A stretch of 64,000 nt of DNA from an uncultured Pelagibacteraceae bacterium. Lineage in GTDB: Bacteria > Pseudomonadota > Alphaproteobacteria > Pelagibacterales > Pelagibacteraceae. The translations under genes and the position numbers were made by a program. The stretch is from assembly GCA_902624345.1 (NCBI GenBank), contig CACNXI010000001.1, positions 11,082-75,081 of the forward strand, read 5' to 3'. This document shows, in pieces, positions 60,098 to 64,000 of this stretch. Positions within the stretch are counted from its first letter, which is position 1, and every line of letters starts with the position of its first letter. Under the pieces are notes generated by a model, which saw nothing but the letters and a program-made list of their open reading frames with translations, ran no database searches and was not told the origin of the DNA.

Positions 60098-60415
60098 ATG
60101 AAAAAAACTTTAATATCATTATTTATCATATTTTTTTTTAACAGTTTAAGTTTTGCAACAAATCATGAGTCTTATAAAAAATTGACAATGACTAAAGCTA
60201 AGGGAATTGTATTGATGGCCAAACAACCTTTAATAAATGCAAAAAAATTAAAACCAAGGGATAGAGAAGCAGAACTATTTGCTAAGGATGTTTATTGCAA
60301 ATCTCTAACAAATTTAATAAAAGATTGGCCTAACCCTCTTCCTAGCGGAACAAAAAAAGAAGTTTTAAAAGCTTACGATTTTATTAAAGCAGACTTAGAA
60401 AAAGAAAACTGTTAG
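60098..60415 (+). CDS. Secreted hypothetical protein
   Basis: MKKTLISLFIIFFFNSLSFA signal peptide, two Cys. Confidence 0.6.
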   Translation: MKKTLISLFIIFFFNSLSFATNHESYKKLTMTKAKGIVLMAKQPLINAKKLKPRDREAELFAKDVYCKSLTNLIKDWPNPLPSGTKKEVLKAYDFIKADLEKENC

Positions 60416-60423
60416 TTTAAAAG

Positions 60424-61497
60424 ATGAAAGTGTTTGCTCAGACAATTAAATCTTTTATTTTTCTTTTCTTATTTTCATCTTTTGTATGTGCAGGTGAAAT
60501 TAATCTTAAAGAAATACAAAAACTTGATGCCCCCTGGGGCTCAACTTTCATATCAGATAAGGAATTATTGATTACTGAAAAGTCTGGAAAAATTAAATTA
60601 ATAAATCTAGTTTCTGGAAAAGTTTCTGAAGTAGTACATAATCTTAAAATTTTAGAAGATGGCCAAGGTGGTTTATTAGATATTTTATATAAAGATAAGG
60701 TTGTTTTTGTTAGCTACTCAGAGGATCACGGAAAATTTAAATCTACTACCTCTATTGCAAGAGCAAATTTAAATAAAGACGAATTAAAATTTAAAAATAT
60801 ATTTGTTGCTCAACCTCCTATTAATTCAGGTTATCATTTTGGTTCTAGACTAGCAGTTAAAGATGAATTTCTTTTTGCATCCGTTGGTGAAAGAGGAAAA
60901 GGAATGATAGCGCAAGATCCAACTCAACATCCTGGTAGCATAGTAAGAATTAAATTAGATGGTAGCATTCCAAAAGATAATCCTAAATTTGTTGATAAAA
61001 AAGATTGGCTACCCGAAATTTATCAAATTGGTATTAGAAACCCGCAAGGTTTAACAGTATCTCCTTTTGATCAGAAAGTTTATGCAAGTAATCATGGTGC
61101 AAAAGGTGGAGATTGGTTTGGAGAAATTAAAAAAGGTGAAAATTATGGGTGGAAGATATTAGGATGGGGTGGAACAAATTACAGTGGAACTAAGATAGGA
61201 CCAAAATGGATGCCAGGTTACACAAAAGCTATCAAATATTGGGTTCCTTCAATTGCAACAAGTGCAATAACAATTTATAAAGGTAATGAATTTAGAGAGT
61301 GGAATGGTCAAGCATTAGTAACATCTTTAAAAGATATGTCTTTGAGAAAGCTTGATTTTTCTGACACAAAAAATGTGCGAGAAGAAATTGTATTTCAAAA
61401 TCAAATTGGAAGAATTAGAGATATTCAGGTTCATCCCGTCAATGGAAAGATTTACTTTCTTGGTCAGGACGGTCTATGGTTGATGGAAAAAAACTAA
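60424..61497 (+). CDS. PQQ-dependent sugar dehydrogenase (aldose sugar dehydrogenase family)
   Basis: GQGGLLD, HFGSRL, GIRNPQG, NYGW, RIRD. Confidence 0.9.
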   Translation: MKVFAQTIKSFIFLFLFSSFVCAGEINLKEIQKLDAPWGSTFISDKELLITEKSGKIKLINLVSGKVSEVVHNLKILEDGQGGLLDILYKDKVVFVSYSEDHGKFKSTTSIARANLNKDELKFKNIFVAQPPINSGYHFGSRLAVKDEFLFASVGERGKGMIAQDPTQHPGSIVRIKLDGSIPKDNPKFVDKKDWLPEIYQIGIRNPQGLTVSPFDQKVYASNHGAKGGDWFGEIKKGENYGWKILGWGGTNYSGTKIGPKWMPGYTKAIKYWVPSIATSAITIYKGNEFREWNGQALVTSLKDMSLRKLDFSDTKNVREEIVFQNQIGRIRDIQVHPVNGKIYFLGQDGLWLMEKN

Positions 61498-62498
61498 AAA
61501 AAATTGTTATCCAAATTTTAAAAAAAAGAGGAATGAGTCTTTCTCATGCAACAATAAGTGCTAATGCTTTAATTAATGCTGAGTATGTTGGTGCATATGG
61601 TCATGGTATATCAAGACTTAAGATGTATTGTGAAAGAATTAAGAAAAAAGTTATCAATCCAAAACCAAAAATTAAGATTAAGAAAATATCAAACTCAATA
61701 TCTTTTATTGATGCAAACAACTCAATTGGATTTGTTGCAGCAGATACAGCTATTAAGACTTTAATAAAGAATACAAAAAAAACAGGTATAGGATTAGTCG
61801 GTGTAAAAAATTCAGGACATTATGGTTTGTCAGGTTATTACGTTGAACAAGCAGTTAAAAAAAATTTAATGGTTTGGTGTTTTACTAATGCTCCACCTGC
61901 AATAGCACCTTATGGGGCAAAAAAAACTTTATTTGGAACTAATCCAATTTGTTTTGGAACACCATCAGGAGGAAAAGTTCCATTTATTTTAGACACATCT
62001 GTTTCGATGATTAACAGAGGTATCATTAGAGTTGCTGCCAGACTTGGAAAAAAGATTCCAGCTGGTGTTGCCTTAGATAAAAACGGAAATCCTACAACAG
62101 ATGCAAAAAAAGCTTTAAAAGGAGTTCAGCTTCCAATTGCAGGTTTTAGAGGATCAGGATTAGCTTGGATGGTTGATATATTGAGCGGCGTGATTACAGG
62201 GGCTGCTCACGGTGGAAAAGTAAGAGACCCATTTGATGATTTTAGAGGACCACAAAATGTTGGACATTTATTTTTAGCCATTAAACCTCATATCTTTATT
62301 GGAAAAAATTACATTAAACGAATAAAAGAAAATATAAGAATTATAAAAAAACTTCCACGTATTAAAGGTTTTAAAACAATTTCTTACCCAGGGGAAAATA
62401 AAGCAAAAAGGTTTTCTAAAAACTCTAAAAAGAAAATTTACTTACCAAAAGAAATAGAAAAAGATTTAAAAAGATTAATTGGTGCTCCGTCTAAGTAA
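61476..62498 (+). CDS. Ldh_2 family (malate/L-lactate/L-sulfolactate) oxidoreductase
   Basis: GHGISRL, SGHYG, GTNPI, YPGE. Confidence 0.88.
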   Translation: MVDGKKLKKIVIQILKKRGMSLSHATISANALINAEYVGAYGHGISRLKMYCERIKKKVINPKPKIKIKKISNSISFIDANNSIGFVAADTAIKTLIKNTKKTGIGLVGVKNSGHYGLSGYYVEQAVKKNLMVWCFTNAPPAIAPYGAKKTLFGTNPICFGTPSGGKVPFILDTSVSMINRGIIRVAARLGKKIPAGVALDKNGNPTTDAKKALKGVQLPIAGFRGSGLAWMVDILSGVITGAAHGGKVRDPFDDFRGPQNVGHLFLAIKPHIFIGKNYIKRIKENIRIIKKLPRIKGFKTISYPGENKAKRFSKNSKKKIYLPKEIEKDLKRLIGAPSK

Positions 62499-63326
62499 AA
62501 GCATAAAAGCAAAACCCGTAACATACATTATTAGGGCATAGGTTGCAGTTGGTATGATGAAAATAATATCATCAAAAATTTGTGTTGCTGCAAACACTGC
62601 TAATGTGCCGTTTTGGATTCCACATTCTAATGCAATACATTTGACTTGGGGAATTCCAGATACAAATTTTTTTGCTATAAAGTAAGCCAAAAACATCATT
62701 ACAATATTTAAAATTAAAGTATAAAGACCTGATTGCGTTAAATAGTAAAAGATATTTTCTCTTTCTTCAATCCAAATGGCTATAAATACAATAATAAATA
62801 AAAAGACATTTATCTTATTAAAATATTCAATTATCGATAAAATAAAACTTTCAAAAAATTTTCTCAACATCATTCCTAATAAAACAGGCACAACAACAAC
62901 CAAGAACATTTTTAAAGATACCCCTATCATTGATAAATCTTTTGAAAAAATATCTACATCAAGAAAATTTGCTGACTGAAAAATGATTAATGGGACACTT
63001 ATAATGCTTATCAAGCTAATAATAGCTGTTAATGAAATAGATAATGCAACATCACCGTCTGCAAATTTTGTAAGGATATTTGATGTAACTCCACCTGGAG
63101 CAGCAGCAATTATCATTATTCCTAAAGCAAGTTCACTAGGGATCTTTAATGCTAAAATTAATATGATCGCGACGATTGGCAAAATTATTAGTTGACAAAT
63201 GAAACCAACTAAAAAGTCTTTTGGATTTTTAATTACTCTAACAAAATCTCCTACAGTAAGCCCTAAACCTAGTCCTAACATTATTAAGGCTAGTGCAATT
63301 GGTGCAATTAATGTAACGATTTCCAT
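62475..63326 (-). CDS. Bile acid:sodium symporter family protein
   Basis: MLGLGLGL, APGGVTSN, GDVALS, ECGIQN. Confidence 0.9.
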   Translation of the reverse strand: MEIVTLIAPIALALIMLGLGLGLTVGDFVRVIKNPKDFLVGFICQLIILPIVAIILILALKIPSELALGIMIIAAAPGGVTSNILTKFADGDVALSISLTAIISLISIISVPLIIFQSANFLDVDIFSKDLSMIGVSLKMFLVVVVPVLLGMMLRKFFESFILSIIEYFNKINVFLFIIVFIAIWIEERENIFYYLTQSGLYTLILNIVMMFLAYFIAKKFVSGIPQVKCIALECGIQNGTLAVFAATQIFDDIIFIIPTATYALIMYVTGFAFMLLLRRSTN

Positions 63327-63395
63327 AGTTTATATTACCACAAATATGCTCAAATTACTTTATACTCATATTAAAAACAAATATAAGATTTTTTA

Positions 63396-64000
63396 ATGAT
63401 TTCAGACAAGCATATAGTGTGTCCTAACAATCTATTGGATGCTGCTAGCAAAAAGAAGGGTGTTAGCGCAGCAATTGTGAATGCTGGAAAACCTTTGCCA
63501 ATGCTCTCGGTTATGGACGCGGTAAAAGAAAATTTAATTAAACCAATTTTTATTGGGGATAAACAAGAAATTCAAAAATGTGCTGAAGAAATTAAATTTG
63601 ATATTTCTCAGTATGAAATTATTCATGAGCCAATAGAAAATAATACTGCAATTGTAGCCGCTAAATTAGCAAAAGCTGGAAAGATCAAAATTATTGTTAA
63701 AGGTCATATTCATACAGATATATTAATGAAGGAAGTTTTAAAAAGAGAATATCAGCTTTTAGGAAAAACTAGACTAAGTCATATATGGCATATGACATTA
63801 GATAAAGAGGATAAACCACTAATTATAACTGATGGTGCTTTAAATGTTTTGCCAAATGTTAAAACTAAGATGCATATTTTAAAAAATGTTATTGGCTTTT
63901 CAAAAAGAATAGGAAACAACAGACCTAAAGTTGCGGTATTATCTGCCACAGAAGAAGTTCTTGATAGTATACAAAGTTCAATGGAAGCAAAAGAAATTAC
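63396..64000 (+). CDS. Phosphate acetyl/butyryltransferase (5' part, runs off window end)
   Basis: Manual translation MISDKHIVCPNNLL...KGHIHTD...RLSH...ITDGALNVLP...PKVAVLSATEEV. Confidence 0.85.
   Translation, partial: MISDKHIVCPNNLLDAASKKKGVSAAIVNAGKPLPMLSVMDAVKENLIKPIFIGDKQEIQKCAEEIKFDISQYEIIHEPIENNTAIVAAKLAKAGKIKIIVKGHIHTDILMKEVLKREYQLLGKTRLSHIWHMTLDKEDKPLIITDGALNVLPNVKTKMHILKNVIGFSKRIGNNRPKVAVLSATEEVLDSIQSSMEAKEI

Noticed and set aside
139-63396. Many 60-130 aa ORFs antisense to or nested in core genes (e.g. 1252-1500, 23555-23917, 24213-24611, 41335-41694)
   Set aside because: They are shadows of well-supported genes on the other strand or frame, with no RBS or recognisable motifs

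Overview
Very AT-rich, gene-dense alphaproteobacterial chromosome segment with tiny intergenic spacers. Gene content and style point to a SAR11/Pelagibacter-like streamlined genome (inference). Mostly core metabolism: purQ/purL, bolA-grxD, rpsD, cimA-cysS, nadE, class II DAHP synthase, glmS with an N-terminally truncated glmU, a prpDBC methylcitrate operon, nrdAB, a TRAP system with dusA and two TauE exporters, rpoZ/cmk, a methylthioadenosine salvage cluster with a SpeD-SpeE fusion, rfbBACD, tRNA-Met, and a taurine-type ABC transporter/aminotransferase/alanine dehydrogenase/phosphate acyltransferase region. The most unusual structure is a ~1 kb integrase-less element at tRNA-Met (47578-48638). 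It is bounded by a 63-bp direct repeat of the 5' (not 3') part of the tRNA, carries five copies of an arm-type AGTGGACCA motif just inside both ends, encodes two orphan ORFs, and contains the only recognisable promoter for the intact tRNA. Other leads: a tandem winged-HTH protein flanked by a repeated GTTCA-N3-TG motif, a structured intergenic region with a 7-codon Pro-Pro micro-ORF, a half-GlmU, and a TauC with a very large extracytoplasmic insert. All family assignments come from recognising motifs by eye; no database search was run.
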